Source: Auanema rhodensis
Taxonomy: Eukaryota > Animalia > Nematoda
Direction of reading: 5' to 3'
NCBI GenBank assembly: GCA_964057225.1
Contig: OZ059898.1
Location: 2,170,001 to 2,234,000, forward strand
Length of the DNA stretch: 64,000 bases
Shown in pieces: positions 26,101-40,900 of the stretch. Numbering within the stretch: position 1 is the stretch's first letter; the number at the start of each line of letters is the position of its first letter. Made by a program: the position numbers and the translations under genes. The notes below the pieces were generated by a model. It ran no database searches and was not told the DNA's origin. It saw nothing but the letters and a program-made list of their open reading frames with translations.

Positions 26101-29100
26101 TGTTTTTGGAAGCAATGTTGAGTGTACATGGAAACTCAACATACACTAATGCATCATTTTTCAAACGATCATAACTAATTTTTGTATTAAGCGTTTCTCA
26201 ATGTAGTATAGTGCATTCGATGCGGATTTTTAAGCTGCGTCGATCTGTGTTATCAGATTTGCGCTAGCTTAAAAATGCACCGAGATATCAACTGATATAA
26301 GTTCACACTTATATCCTCGATTTTCACCCTGAAGAATTAATTTTTTTGTTGAATAACATTGTCCATCGTCTTTGCCTTGAAAAAAGGAATCTAAAAACAT
26401 CTACTTTTTGCTAAATTATTTTGAAATTTTTCGAAAAAATTTTTGTCAAAATGTTTTTGGAAGCAATGTTGAGTGTACATGGAAACTCAACATACACTAA
26501 TGCATCATTTTTCAAACGATCATAACTAATTTTTGTATTAAGCGTTTCTCAATGTATTATAGTGCATTCGATGCGGATTTTTAAGCTGCGTCGATCTGTG
26601 TTATCAGATTTGCGCTAGCTTAAAAATGCACCGTGAAATCAACTGATATAAGTTCACACTTATATCCTCGATTTTCACCCTGAAGAATTAATGTTTTCGT
26701 TGAATAACATTGTCAATCGTCTTTGCCTTGAAAAAAGGAATCTAAAAACATCTACTTTTTGCTAAATTATTTTGAAATTTTTCGAAAAAATTTTTGTCAA
26801 AATGTTTTTGGAAGCAATGTTGAGTGTACATGGAAACTCAACATACACTAATGCATCATTTTTCAAACGATCATAACTAATTTTTGTATTAAGCGTTTCT
26901 CAATGTAGTATAGTGCATTCGATGCGGATTTTTAAGCTGCGTCGATCTGTGTTATCAGATTTGCGCTAGCTTAAAAATGCACCGAGATATCAACTGATAT
27001 AAGTTCAAACTTATATCCTCGATTTTCACCCTGAAGATTTAATTTTTTTGTTGAATAACATTGTCCATCGTCTTTGCCTTGAAAAAAGGAATCTAAAAAC
27101 ATCTACTTTTTGCTAAATTATTTTGAAATTTTCTGAAAAAATTTTTGTCAAAATGTTTTTGGAAGCAATGTTGAGTGTACATGGAAACTCAACATACACT
27201 AATGCATCATTTTTCAAACGATCATAACTAATTTTTGTATTAAGCGTTTCTCAATGTAGTATAGTGCATTCGATGCGGATTTTTAAGCTGCGTCGATCTG
27301 TGTTATCAGATTTGCGCTAGCTTAAAAATGCACCGAGATATCAACTGATATAAGTTCACACTTATATCCTCGATTTTCACCCTGAAGATTTAATTTTTTC
27401 GTTGAATAACATTGTCCATCGTCTTTGCCTTGAAAAATGGAATCTAAAAACATCTACTTTTTGCTGAATTATTTTGAAATTTTTCGAAAAAATTTTTGTC
27501 AAAATGTTTTTGGAAGCAATGTTGAGTGTACATGGAAACTCAACATACACTAATGCATCATTTTTCAAACGATCATAACTAATTTTTGTATTAAGCGTTT
27601 CTCAATGTAGTATAGTGCATTCGATGCGGATTTTTAAGCTGCGTCGATCTGTGTTATCAGATTTGCGCTAGCTTAAAAATGCACCGAGATATCAACTGAT
27701 ATAAGTTCACACTTATATCCTCGATTTTCACCCTGAAGAATTAATTTTTTTGTTGAATAACATTGTCCATCGTCTTTGCCTTGAAAAAAGGAATCTAAAA
27801 ACATCTACTTTTTGCTAAATTATTTTGAAATTTTTCGAAAAAATTTTTGTCAAAATGTTTTTGGAAGCAATGTTGAGTGTACATGGAAACTCAACATACA
27901 CTAATGCATCATTTTTCAAACGATCATAACTAATTTTTGTATTAAGCGTTTCTCAATGTATTATAGTGCATTCGATGCGGATTTTTAAGCTGCGTCGATC
28001 TGTGTTATCAGATTTGCGCTAGCTTAAAAATGCACCGTGAAATCAACTGATATAAGTTCACACTTATATCCTCGATTTTCACCCTGAAGAATTAATGTTT
28101 TCGTTGAATAACATTGTCAATCGTCTTTGCCTTGAAAAAAGGAATCTAAAAACATCTACTTTTTGCTAAATTATTTTGAAATTTTTCGAAAAAATTTTTG
28201 TCAAAATGTTTTTGGAAGCAATGTTGAGTGTACATGGAAACTCAACATACACTAATGCATCATTTTTCAAACGATCATAACTAATTTTTGTATTAAGCGT
28301 TTCTCAATGTAGTATAGTGCATTCGATGCGGATTTTTAAGCTGCGTCGATCTGTGTTATCAGATTTGCGCTAGCTTAAAAATGCACCGAGATATCAACTG
28401 ATATAAGTTCACACTTATATCCTCGATTTTCACCCTGAAGAATTAATTTTTTTGTTGAATAACATTGTCCATCGTCTTTGCCTTGAAAAAAGGAATCTAA
28501 AAACATCTACTTTTTGCTAAATTATTTTGAAATTTTTCGAAAAAATTTTTGTCAAAATGTTTTTGGAAGCAATGTTGAGTGTACATGGAAACTCAACATA
28601 CACTAATGCATCATTTTTCAAACGATCATAACTAATTTTTGTATTAAGCGTTTCTCAATGTATTATAGTGCATTCGATGCGGATTTTTAAGCTGCGTCGA
28701 TCTGTGTTATCAGATTTGCGCTAGCTTAAAAATGCACCGTGAAATCAACTGATATAAGTTCACACTTATATCCTCGATTTTCACCCTGAAGAATTAATGT
28801 TTTCGTTGAATAACATTGTCAATCGTCTTTGCCTTGAAAAAAGGAATCTAAAAACATCTACTTTTTGCTAAATTATTTTGAAATTTTTCGAAAAAATTTT
28901 TGTCAAAATGTTTTTGGAAGCAATGTTGAGTGTACATGGAAACTCAACATACACTAATGCATCATTTTTCAAACGATCATAACTAATTTTTGTATTAAGC
29001 GTTTCTCAATGTAGTATAGTGCATTCGATGCGGATTTTTAAGCTGCGTCGATCTGTGTTATCAGATTTGCGCTAGCTTAAAAATGCACCGAGATATCAAC

Positions 29101-32100
29101 TGATATAAGTTCACACTTATATCCTCGATTTTCACCCTGAAGAATTAATTTTTTTGTTGAATAACATTGTCCATCGTCTTTGCCTTGAAAAAAGGAATCT
29201 AAAAACATCTACTTTTTGCTAAATTATTTTGAAATTTTTCGAAAAAATTTTTGTCAAAATGTTTTTGGAAGCAATGTTGAGTGTACATGGAAACTCAACA
29301 TACACTAATGCATCATTTTTCAAACGATCATAACTAATTTTTGTATTAAGCGTTTCTCAATGTAGTATAGTGCATTCGATGCGGATTTTTAAGCTGCGTC
29401 GATCTGTGTTATCAGATTTGCGCTAGCTTAAAAATGCACCGAGATATCAACTGATATAAGTTCAAACTTATATCCTCGATTTTCACCCTGAAGAATTAAT
29501 TTTTTTGTTGAATAACATTGTCCATCGTCTTTGCCTTGAAAAAAGGAATCTAAAAACATCTACTTTTTGCTAAATTATTTTGAAATTTTTCGAAAAAATT
29601 TTTGTCAAAATGTTTTTGGAAGCAATGTTGAGTGTACATGGAAACTCAACATACACTAATGCATCATTTTTCAAACGATCATAACTAATTTTTGTATTAA
29701 GCGTTTCTCAATGTAGTATAGTGCATTCGATGCGGATTTTTAAGCTGCGTCGATTTGTGTTATCAGATTTGCGCTAGCTTAAAAATGCACCGAGATATAA
29801 ACTGATATAAGTTCACACTTATATCCTCGATTTTCACCCAGAAGATTTAATTTTTTCGTTGAATAACATTGTCCATCGTCTTTGCCTTGTAAAATGGAAT
29901 CTAAAAACATCTACTTTTTGCTAAATTATTTTGAAATTTTTCGAAAAAATTTTTGTCAAAATGTTTTTGGAAGCAATGTTGAGTGTACATGGAAACTCAA
30001 CATACACTAATGCATCATTTTTCAAACGATCATAACTAATTTTTGTTTTAAGCGTTTCTCAATGTAGTATAGTGCATTCGATGCGGATTTTTAAGCTGCG
30101 TCGATCTGTGTTATCAGATTTGCGCTAGCTTAAAAATGCACCGAGATATCAACTGATATAAGTTCACACTTATATCCTCGATTTTCACCCTGAAGAATTA
30201 ATTTTTTTGTTGAATAACATTGTCCATCGTCTTTGCCTTGAAAAAAGGAATCTAAAAACATCTACTTTTTGCTAAATTATTTTGAAATTTTTCGAAAAAA
30301 TTTTTGTCAAAATGTTTTTGGAAGCAATGTTGAGTGTACATGGAAACTCAACATACACTAATGCATCATTTTTCAAACGATCATAACTAATTTTTGTATT
30401 AAGCGTTTCTCAATGTATTATAGTGCATTCGATGCGGATTTTTAAGCTGCGTCGATCTGTGTTATCAGATTTGCGCTAGCTTAAAAATGCACCGTGAAAT
30501 CAACTGATATAAGTTCACACTTATATCCTCGATTTTCACCCTGAAGAATTAATGTTTTCGTTGAATAACATTGTCAATCGTCTTTGCCTTGAAAAAAGGA
30601 ATCTAAAAACATCTACTTTTTGCTAAATTATTTTGAAATTTTTCGAAAAAATTTTTGTCAAAATGTTTTTGGAAGCAATGTTGAGTGTACATGGAAACTC
30701 AACATACACTAATGCATCATTTTTCAAACGATCATAACTAATTTTTGTATTAAGAGTTTCTCAATGTAGTATAGTGCATTCGATGCGGATTTTTAAGCTG
30801 CGTCGATCTGTGTTATCAGATTTGCGCTAGCTTAAAAATGCACCGAGATATCAACTGATATAAGTTCACACTTATATCCTCGATTTTCACCCTGAAGAAT
30901 TAATTTTTTTGTTGAATAACATTGTCCATCGTCTTTGCCTTGAAAAAAGGAATCTAAAAACATCTACTTTTTGCTAAATTATTTTGAAATTTTTCGAAAA
31001 AATTTTTGTCAAAATGTTTTTGGAAGCAATGTTGAGTGTACATGGAAACTCAACATACACTAATGCATCATTTTTCAAACGATCATAACTAATTTTTGTA
31101 TTAAGCGTTTCTCAATGTAGTATAGTGCATTCGATGCGGATTTTTAAGCTGCGTCGATCTGTGTTATCAGATTTGCGCTAGCTTAAAAATGCACCGAGAT
31201 ATCAACTGATATAAGTTCAAACTTATATCCTCGATTTTCACCCTGAAGAATTAATTTTTTTGTTGAATAACATTGTCCATCGTCTTTGCCTTGAAAAAAG
31301 GAATCTAAAAACATCTACTTTTTGCTAAATTATTTTGAAATTTTTCGAAAAAATTTTTGTCAAAATGTTTTTGGAAGCAATGTTGAGTGTACATGGAAAC
31401 TCAACATACACTAATGCATCATTTTTCAAACGATCATAACTAATTTTTGTATTAAGCGTTTCTCAATGTAGTATAGTGCATTCGATGCGGATTTTTAAGC
31501 TGCGTCGATCTGTGTTATCAGATTTGCGCTAGCTTAAAAATGCACCGAGATATCAACTGATATAAGTTCAAACTTATATCCTCGATTTTCACCCTGAAGA
31601 TTTAATTTTTTTGTTGAATAACATTGTCCATCGTCTTTGCCTTGAAAAAAGGAATCTAAAAACATCTACTTTTTGCTAAATTATTTTGAAATTTTCTGAA
31701 AAAATTTTTGTCAAAATGTTTTTGGAAGCAATGTTGAGTGTACATGGAAACTCAACATACACTAATGCATCATTTTTCAAACGATCATAACTAATTTTTG
31801 TATTAAGCGTTTCTCAATGTAGTATAGTGCATTCGATGCGGATTTTTAAGCTGCGTCGATCTGTGTTATCAGATTTGCGCTAGCTTAAAAATGCACCGAG
31901 ATATCAACTGATATAAGTTCACACTTATATCCTCGATTTTCACCCTGAAGATTTAATTTTTTCGTTGAATAACATTGTCCATCGTCTTTGCCTTGAAAAA
32001 TGGAATCTAAAAACATCTACTTTTTGCTAAATTATTTTGAAATTTTTCGAAAAAATTTTTGTCAAAATGTTTTTGGAAGCTATGTTGAGTGTACATGGAA

Positions 32101-35100
32101 ACTCAACATACACTAATGCATCATTTTTCAAACGATCATAACTAATTTTTGTATTAAGCGTTTCTCAATGTAGTATAGTGCATTCGATGCGGATTTTTAA
32201 GCTGCGTCGATCTGTGTTATCAGATTTGCGCTAGCTTAAAAATGCACCGAGATATCAACTGATATAAGTTCACACTTATATCCTCGATTTTCACCCTGAA
32301 GAATTAATTTTTTTGTTGAATAACATTGTCCATCGTCTTTGCCTTGAAAAAAGGAATCTAAAAACATCTACTTTTTGCTAAATTATTTTGAAATTTTTCG
32401 AAAAAATTTTTGTCAAAATGTTTTTGGAAGCAATGTTGAGTGTACATGGAAACTCAACATACACTAATGCATCATTTTTCAAACGATCATAACTAATTTT
32501 TGTATTAAGCGTTTCTCAATGTATTATAGTGCATTCGATGCGGATTTTTAAGCTGCGTCGATCTGTGTTATCAGATTTGCGCTAGCTTAAAAATGCACCG
32601 TGAAATCAACTGATATAAGTTCACACTTATATCCTCGATTTTCACCCTGAAGAATTAATGTTTTCGTTGAATAACATTGTCAATCGTCTTTGCCTTGAAA
32701 AAAGGAATCTAAAAACATCTACTTTTTGCTAAATTATTTTGAAATTTTTCGAAAAAATTTTTGTCAAAATGTTTTTGGAAGCAATGTTGAGTGTACATGG
32801 AAACTCAACATACACTAATGCATCATTTTTCAAACGATCATAACTAATTTTTGTATTAAGCGTTTCTCAATGTATTATAGTGCATTCGATGCGGATTTTT
32901 AAGCTGCGTCGATCTGTGTTATCAGATTTGCGCTAGCTTAAAAATGCACCGTGAAATCAACTGATATAAGTTCACACTTATATCCTCGATTTTCACCCTG
33001 AAGAATTAATGTTTTCGTTGAATAACATTGTCAATCGTCTTTGCCTTGAAAAAAGGAATCTAAAAACATCTACTTTTTGCTAAATTATTTTGAAATTTTT
33101 CGAAAAAATTTTTGTCAAAATGTTTTTGGAAGCAATGTTGAGTGTACATGGAAACTCAACATACACTAATGCATCATTTTTCAAACGATCATAACTAATT
33201 TTTGTATTAAGCGTTTCTCAATGTAGTATAGTGCATTCGATGCGGATTTTTAAGCTGCGTCGATCTGTGTTATCAGATTTGCGCTAGCTTAAAAATGCAC
33301 CGAGATATCAACTGATATAAGTTCAAACTTATATCCTCGATTTTCACCCTGAAGAATTAATTTTTTTGTTGAATAACATTGTCCATCGTCTTTGCCTTGA
33401 AAAAAGGAATCTAAAAACATCTACTTTTTGCTAAATTATTTTGAAATTTTTCGAAAAAATTTTTGTCAAAATGTTTTTGGAAGCAATGTTGAGTGTACAT
33501 GGAAACTCAACATACACTAATGCATCATTTTTCAAACGATCATAACTAATTTTTGTATTAAGCGTTTCTCAATGTAGTATAGTGCATTCGATGCGGATTT
33601 TTAAGCTGCGTCGATTTGTGTTATCAGATTTGCGCTAGCTTAAAAATGCACCGAGATATAAACTGATATAAGTTCACACTTATATCCTCGATTTTCACCC
33701 AGAAGATTTAATTTTTTCGTTGAATAACATTGTCCATCGTCTTTGCCTTGAAAAAAGGAATCTAAAAACATCTACTTTTTGCTAAATTATTTTGAAATTT
33801 TTCGAAAAAATTTTTGTCAAAATGTTTTTGGAAGCAATGTTGAGTGTACATGGAAACTCAACATACACTAATGCATCATTTTTCAAACGATCATAACTAA
33901 TTTTTGTATTAAGCGTTTCTCAATGTATTATAGTGCATTCGATGCGGATTTTTAAGCTGCGTCGATCTGTGTTATCAGATTTGCGCTAGCTTAAAAATGC
34001 ACCGTGAAATCAACTGATATAAGTTCACACTTATATCCTCGATTTTCACCCTGAAGAATTAATGTTTTCGTTGAATAACATTGTCAATCGTCTTTGCCTT
34101 GAAAAAAGGAATCTAAAAACATCTACTTTTTGCTAAATTATTTTGAAATTTTTCGAAAAAATTTTTGTCAAAATGTTTTTGGAAGCAATGTTGAGTGTAC
34201 ATGGAAACTCAACATACACTAATGCATCATTTTTCAAACGATCATAACTAATTTTTGTATTAAGAGTTTCTCAATGTAGTATAGTGCATTCGATGCGGAT
34301 TTTTAAGCTGCGTCGATCTGTGTTATCAGATTTGCGCTAGCTTAAAAATGCACCGAGATATCAACTGATATAAGTTCACACTTATATCCTCGATTTTCAC
34401 CCTGAAGAATTAATTTTTTTGTTGAATAACATTGTCCATCGTCTTTGCCTTGAAAAAAGGAATCTAAAAACATCTACTTTTTGCTAAATTATTTTGAAAT
34501 TTTTCGAAAAAATTTTTGTCAAAATGTTTTTGGAAGCAATGTTGAGTGTACATGGAAACTCAACATACACTAATGCATCATTTTTCAAACGATCATAACT
34601 AATTTTTGTATTAAGCGTTTCTCAATGTAGTATAGTGCATTCGATGCGGATTTTTAAGCTGCGTCGATCTGTGTTATCAGATTTGCGCTAGCTTAAAAAT
34701 GCACCGAGATATCAACTGATATAAGTTCAAACTTATATCCTCGATTTTCACCCTGAAGAATTAATTTTTTTGTTGAATAACATTGTCCATCGTCTTTGCC
34801 TTGAAAAAAGGAATCTAAAAACATCTACTTTTTGCTAAATTATTTTGAAATTTTTCGAAAAAATTTTTGTCAAAATGTTTTTGGAAGCAATGTTGAGTGT
34901 ACATGGAAACTCAACATACACTAATGCATCATTTTTCAAACGATCATAACTAATTTTTGTATTAAGCGTTTCTCAATGTAGTATAGTGCATTCGATGCGG
35001 ATTTTTAAGCTGCGTCGATCTGTGTTATCAGATTTGCGCTAGCTTAAAAATGCACCGAGATATCAACTGATATAAGTTCAAACTTATATCCTCGATTTTC

Positions 35101-37904
35101 ACCCTGAAGATTTAATTTTTTTGTTGAATAACATTGTCCATCGTCTTTGCCTTGAAAAAAGGAATCTAAAAACATCTACTTTTTGCTAAATTATTTTGAA
35201 ATTTTCTGAAAAAATTTTTGTCAAAATGTTTTTGGAAGCAATGTTGAGTGTACATGGAAACTCAACATACACTAATGCATCATTTTTCAAACGATCATAA
35301 CTAATTTTTGTATTAAGCGTTTCTCAATGTATTATAGTGCATTCGATGCGGATTTTTAAGCTGCGTCGATCTGTGTTATCAGATTTGCGCTAGCTTAAAA
35401 ATGCACCGTGAAATCAACTGATATAAGTTCACACTTATATCCTCGATTTTCACCCTGAAGAATTAATGTTTTCGTTGAATAACATTGTCAATCGTCTTTG
35501 CCTTGAAAAAAGGAATCTAAAAACATCTACTTTTTGCTAAATTATTTTGAAATTTTTCGAAAAAATTTTTGTCAAAATGTTTTTGGAAGCAATGTTGAGT
35601 GTACATGGAAACTCAACATACACTAATGCATCATTTTTCAAACGATCATAACTAATTTTTGTATTAAGCGTTTCTCAATGTAGTATAGTGCATTCGATGC
35701 GGATTTTTAAGCTGCGTCGATCTGTGTTATCAGATTTGCGCTAGCTTAAAAATGCACCGAGATATCAACTGATATAAGTTCAAACTTATATCCTCGATTT
35801 TCACCCTGAAGAATTAATTTTTTTGTTGAATAACATTGTCCATCGTCTTTGCCTTGGAAAAAGGAATCTAAAAACATCTACTTTTTGCTAAATTATTTTG
35901 AAATTTTTCGAAAAAATTTTTGTCAAAATGTTTTTGGAAGCAATGTTGAGTGTACATGGAAACTCAACATACACTAATGCATCATTTTTCAAACGATCAT
36001 AACTAATTTTTGTATTAAGCGTTTCTCAATGTAGTATAGTGCATTCGATGCGGATTTTTAAGCTGCGTCGATCTGTGTTATCAGATTTGCGCTAGCTTAA
36101 AAATGCACCGAGATATCAACTGATATAAGTTCAAACTTATATCCTCGATTTTCACCCTGAAGAATTAATTTTTTTGTTGAATAACATTGTCCATCGTCTT
36201 TGCCTTGAAAAAAGGAATCTAAAAACATCTACTTTTTGCTAAATTATTTTGAAATTTTTCGAAAAAATTTTTGTCAAAATGTTTTTGGAAGCAATGTTGA
36301 GTGTACATGGAAACTCAACATACACTAATGCATCATTTTTCAAACGATCATAACTAATTTTTGTATTAAGCGTTTCTCAATGTAGTATAGTGCATTCGAT
36401 GCGGATTTTTAAGCTGCGTCGATCTGTGTTATCAGATTTGCGCTAGCTTAAAAATGCACCGAGATATAAACTGATATAAGTTCACACTTATATCCTCGAT
36501 TTTCACCCAGAAGATTTAATTTTTTCGTTGAATAACATTGTCCATCGTCTTTGCCTTGTAAAATGGAATCTAAAAACATCTACTTTTTGCTAAATTATTT
36601 GGAAATTTTTCGAAAAAATTTTTGTCAAAATGTTTTTGGAAGCAATGTTGAGTGTACATGGAAACTCAACATACACTAATGCATCATTTTTCAAACGATC
36701 ATAACTAATTTTTGTATTAAGCGTTTCTCAATGTAGTATAGTGCATTCGATGCGGATTTTTAAGCTGCGTCGATCTGTGTTATCAGATTTGCGCTAGCTT
36801 AAAAATGCACCGAGATATCAACTGATATAAGTTCAAACTTATATCCTCGATTTTCACCCTGAAGAATTAATTTTTTTGTTGAATAACATTGTCCATCGTC
36901 TTTGCCTTGGAAAAAGGAATCTAAAAACATCTACTTTTTGCTAAATTATTTTGAAATTTTTCGAAAAAATTTTTGTCAAAATGTTTTTGGAAGCAATGTT
37001 GAGTGTACATGGAAACTCAACATACACTAATGCATCATTTTTCAAACGATCATAACTAATTTTTGTATTAAGCGTTTCTCAATGTAGTATAGTGCATTCG
37101 ATGCGGATTTTTAAGCTGCGTCGATCTGTGTTATCAGATTTGCGCTAGCTTAAAAATGCACCGAGATATCAACTGATATAAGTTCACACTTATATCCTCG
37201 ATTTTCACCCTGAAGATTTAATTTTTTCGTTGAATAACATTGTCCATCGTCTTTGCCTTGAAAAATGGAATCTAAAAACATCTACTTTTTGCTAAATTAT
37301 TTTGAAATTTTTCGAAAAAATTTTTGTCAAAATGTTTTTGGAAGCAATGTTGAGTGTACATGGAAACTCAACATACACTAATGCATCATTTTTCAAACGA
37401 TCATAACTAATTTTTGTATTAAGAGTTTCTCAATGTAGTATAGTGCATTCGATGCGGATTTTTAAGCTGCGTCGATCTGTGTTATCAGATTTGCGCTAGC
37501 TTAAAAATGCACCGAGATATCAACTGATATAAGTTCACACTTATATCCTCGATTTTCACCCTGAAGATTTAATTTTTTTGTTGAATAACATTGTCCATCG
37601 TCTTTGCCTTGAAAAAAGGAATCTAAAAACATCTACTTTTTGCTAAATTATTTTGAAATTTTTCGAAAAAATTTTTGTCAAAATGTTTTTGGAAGCAATG
37701 TTGAGTGTACATGGAAACTCAACATACACTAATGCATCATTTTTCAAACGATCATAACTAATTTTTGTATTAAGCGTTTCTCAATGTAGTATAGTGCATT
37801 CGATGCGGATTTTTAAGCTGCGTCGATCTGTGTTATCAGATTTGCGCTAGCTTAAAAATGCACCGAGATATCAACTGATATAAGTTCAAACTTATATCCT
37901 CGAT
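23141..37904 (+). repeat. Large intra-array segmental duplication, copy 1 (about 42 monomers)
   Basis: Rare SNPs at 23141, 23673, 27466, 30047, 32081 and 36601 recur in the same order at 47009, 47541, 53440, 55319, 57353 and 62926. Confidence 0.9.
27377..27568 (-). other. Incidental 63-aa ORF inside a satellite monomer; not considered a gene
   Basis: A>G at 27466 (gctaaatt to gctgaatt) turns the minus-strand TAG present in the other monomers into CAG. The peptide is K/F/I/N-rich, as expected from A/T tracts; no recognisable motif. Confidence 0.9.
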
Positions 37905-40900
37905 TTTCACCCTGAAGAATTAATTTTTTTGTTGAATAACATTGTCCATCGTCTTTGCCTTGAAAAAAGGAAACTAAAAACATCTACTTTTTGCTAAATT
38001 ATTTTGAAATTTTTCGAAAAAATTTTTGTCAAAATGTTTTTGGAAGCAATGTTGAGTGTACATGGAAACTCAACATACACTAATGCATCATTTTTCAAAC
38101 GATCATAACTAATTTTTGTATTAAGCGTTTCTCAATGTAGTATAGTGCATTCGATGCGGATTTTTAAGCTGCGTCGATCTGTGTTATCAGATTTGCGCTA
38201 GCTTAAAAATGCACCGAGATATCAACTGATATAAGTTCAAACTTATATCCTCGATTTTCACCCTGAAGAATTAATTTTTTTGTTGAATAACATTGTCCAT
38301 CGTCTTTGCCTTGGAAAAAGGAATCTAAAAACATCTACTTTTTGCTAAATTATTTTGAAATTTTTCGAAAAAATTTTTGTCAAAATGTTTTTGGAAGCAA
38401 TGTTGAGTGTACATGGAAACTCAACATACACTAATGCATCATTTTTCAAACGATCATAACTAATTTTTGTATTAAGCGTTTCTCAATGTAGTATAGTGCA
38501 TTCGATGCGGATTTTTAAGCTGCGTCGATCTGTGTTATCAGATTTGCGCTAGCTTAAAAATGCACCGAGATATCAACTGATATAAGTTCAAACTTATATC
38601 CTCGATTTTCACCCTGAAGAATTAATTTTTTTGTTGAATAACATTGTCCATCGTCTTTGCCTTGAAAAAAGGAATCTAAAAACATCTACTTTTTGCTAAA
38701 TTATTTTGAAATTTTTCGAAAAAATTTTTGTCAAAATGTTTTTGGAAGCAATGTTGAGTGTACATGGAAACTCAACATACACTAATGCATCATTTTTCAA
38801 ACGATCATAACTAATTTTTGTATTAAGCGTTTCTCAATGTAGTATAGTGCATTCGATGCGGATTTTTAAGCTGCGTCGATCTGTGTTATCAGATTTGCGC
38901 TAGCTTAAAAATGCACCGAGATATAAACTGATATAAGTTCACACTTATATCCTCGATTTTCACCCAGAAGATTTAATTTTTTCGTTGAATAACATTGTCC
39001 ATCGTCTTTGCCTTGTAAAATGGAATCTAAAAACATCTACTTTTTGCTAAATTATTTGGAAATTTTTCGAAAAAATTTTTGTCAAAATGTTTTTGGAAGC
39101 AATGTTGAGTGTACATGGAAACTCAACATACACTAATGCATCATTTTTCAAACGATCATAACTAATTTTTGTATTAAGCGTTTCTCAATGTAGTATAGTG
39201 CATTCGATGCGGATTTTTAAGCTGCGTCGATCTGTGTTATCAGATTTGCGCTAGCTTAAAAATGCACCGAGATATCAACTGATATAAGTTCAAACTTATA
39301 TCCTCGATTTTCACCCTGAAGAATTAATTTTTTTGTTGAATAACATTGTCCATCGTCTTTGCCTTGGAAAAAGGAATCTAAAAACATCTACTTTTTGCTA
39401 AATTATTTTGAAATTTTTCGAAAAAATTTTTGTCAAAATGTTTTTGGAAGCAATGTTGAGTGTACATGGAAACTCAACATACACTAATGCATCATTTTTC
39501 AAACGATCATAACTAATTTTTGTATTAAGCGTTTCTCAATGTAGTATAGTGCATTCGATGCGGATTTTTAAGCTGCGTCGATCTGTGTTATCAGATTTGC
39601 GCTAGCTTAAAAATGCACCGAGATATCAACTGATATAAGTTCACACTTATATCCTCGATTTTCACCCTGAAGATTTAATTTTTTCGTTGAATAACATTGT
39701 CCATCGTCTTTGCCTTGAAAAATGGAATCTAAAAACATCTACTTTTTGCTAAATTATTTTGAAATTTTTCGAAAAAATTTTTGTCAAAATGTTTTTGGAA
39801 GCAATGTTGAGTGTACATGGAAACTCAACATACACTAATGCATCATTTTTCAAACGATCATAACTAATTTTTGTATTAAGAGTTTCTCAATGTAGTATAG
39901 TGCATTCGATGCGGATTTTTAAGCTGCGTCGATCTGTGTTATCAGATTTGCGCTAGCTTAAAAATGCACCGAGATATCAACTGATATAAGTTCACACTTA
40001 TATCCTCGATTTTCACCCTGAAGATTTAATTTTTTTGTTGAATAACATTGTCCATCGTCTTTGCCTTGAAAAAAGGAATCTAAAAACATCTACTTTTTGC
40101 TAAATTATTTTGAAATTTTTCGAAAAAATTTTTGTCAAAATGTTTTTGGAAGCAATGTTGAGTGTACATGGAAACTCAACATACACTAATGCATCATTTT
40201 TCAAACGATCATAACTAATTTTTGTATTAAGCGTTTCTAAATGTAGTATAGTGCATTCGATGCGGATTTTTAAGCTGCGTCGATCTGTGTTATCAGATTT
40301 GCGCTAGCTTAAAAATGCACCGAGATATAAACTGATATAAGTTCACACTTATATCCTCGATTTTCACCCAGAAGATTTAATTTTTTCGTTGAATAACATT
40401 GTCCATCGTCTTTGCCTTGTAAAATGGAATCTAAAAACATCTACTTTTTGCTAAATTATTTTGAAATTTTTCGAAAAAATTTTTGTCAAAATGTTTTTGG
40501 AAGCAATGTTGAGTGTACATGGAAACTCAACATACACTAATGCATCATTTTTCAAACGATCATAACTAATTTTTGTATTAAGCGTTTCTCAATGTAGTAT
40601 AGTGCATTCGATGCGGATTTTTAAGCTGCGTCGATCTGTGTTATCAGATTTGCGCTAGCTTAAAAATGCACCGAGATATCAACTGATATAAGTTCAAACT
40701 TATATCCTCGATTTTCACCCTGAAGAATTAATTTTTTTGTTGAATAACATTGTCCATCGTCTTTGCCTTGAAAAAAGGAAACTAAAAACATCTACTTTTT
40801 GCTAAATTATTTTGAAATTTTTCGAAAAAATTTTTGTCAAAATGTTTTTGGAAGCAATGTTGAGTGTACATGGAAACTCAACATACACTAATGCATCATT

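Noticed and set aside
27377-27568. 63-aa ORF (and its twin at 53351-53542) as a real gene
   Set aside because: Exists only because one SNP removes a stop present in the other ~180 monomers. Composition mirrors A/T tracts, and the twin is explained by the segmental duplication.
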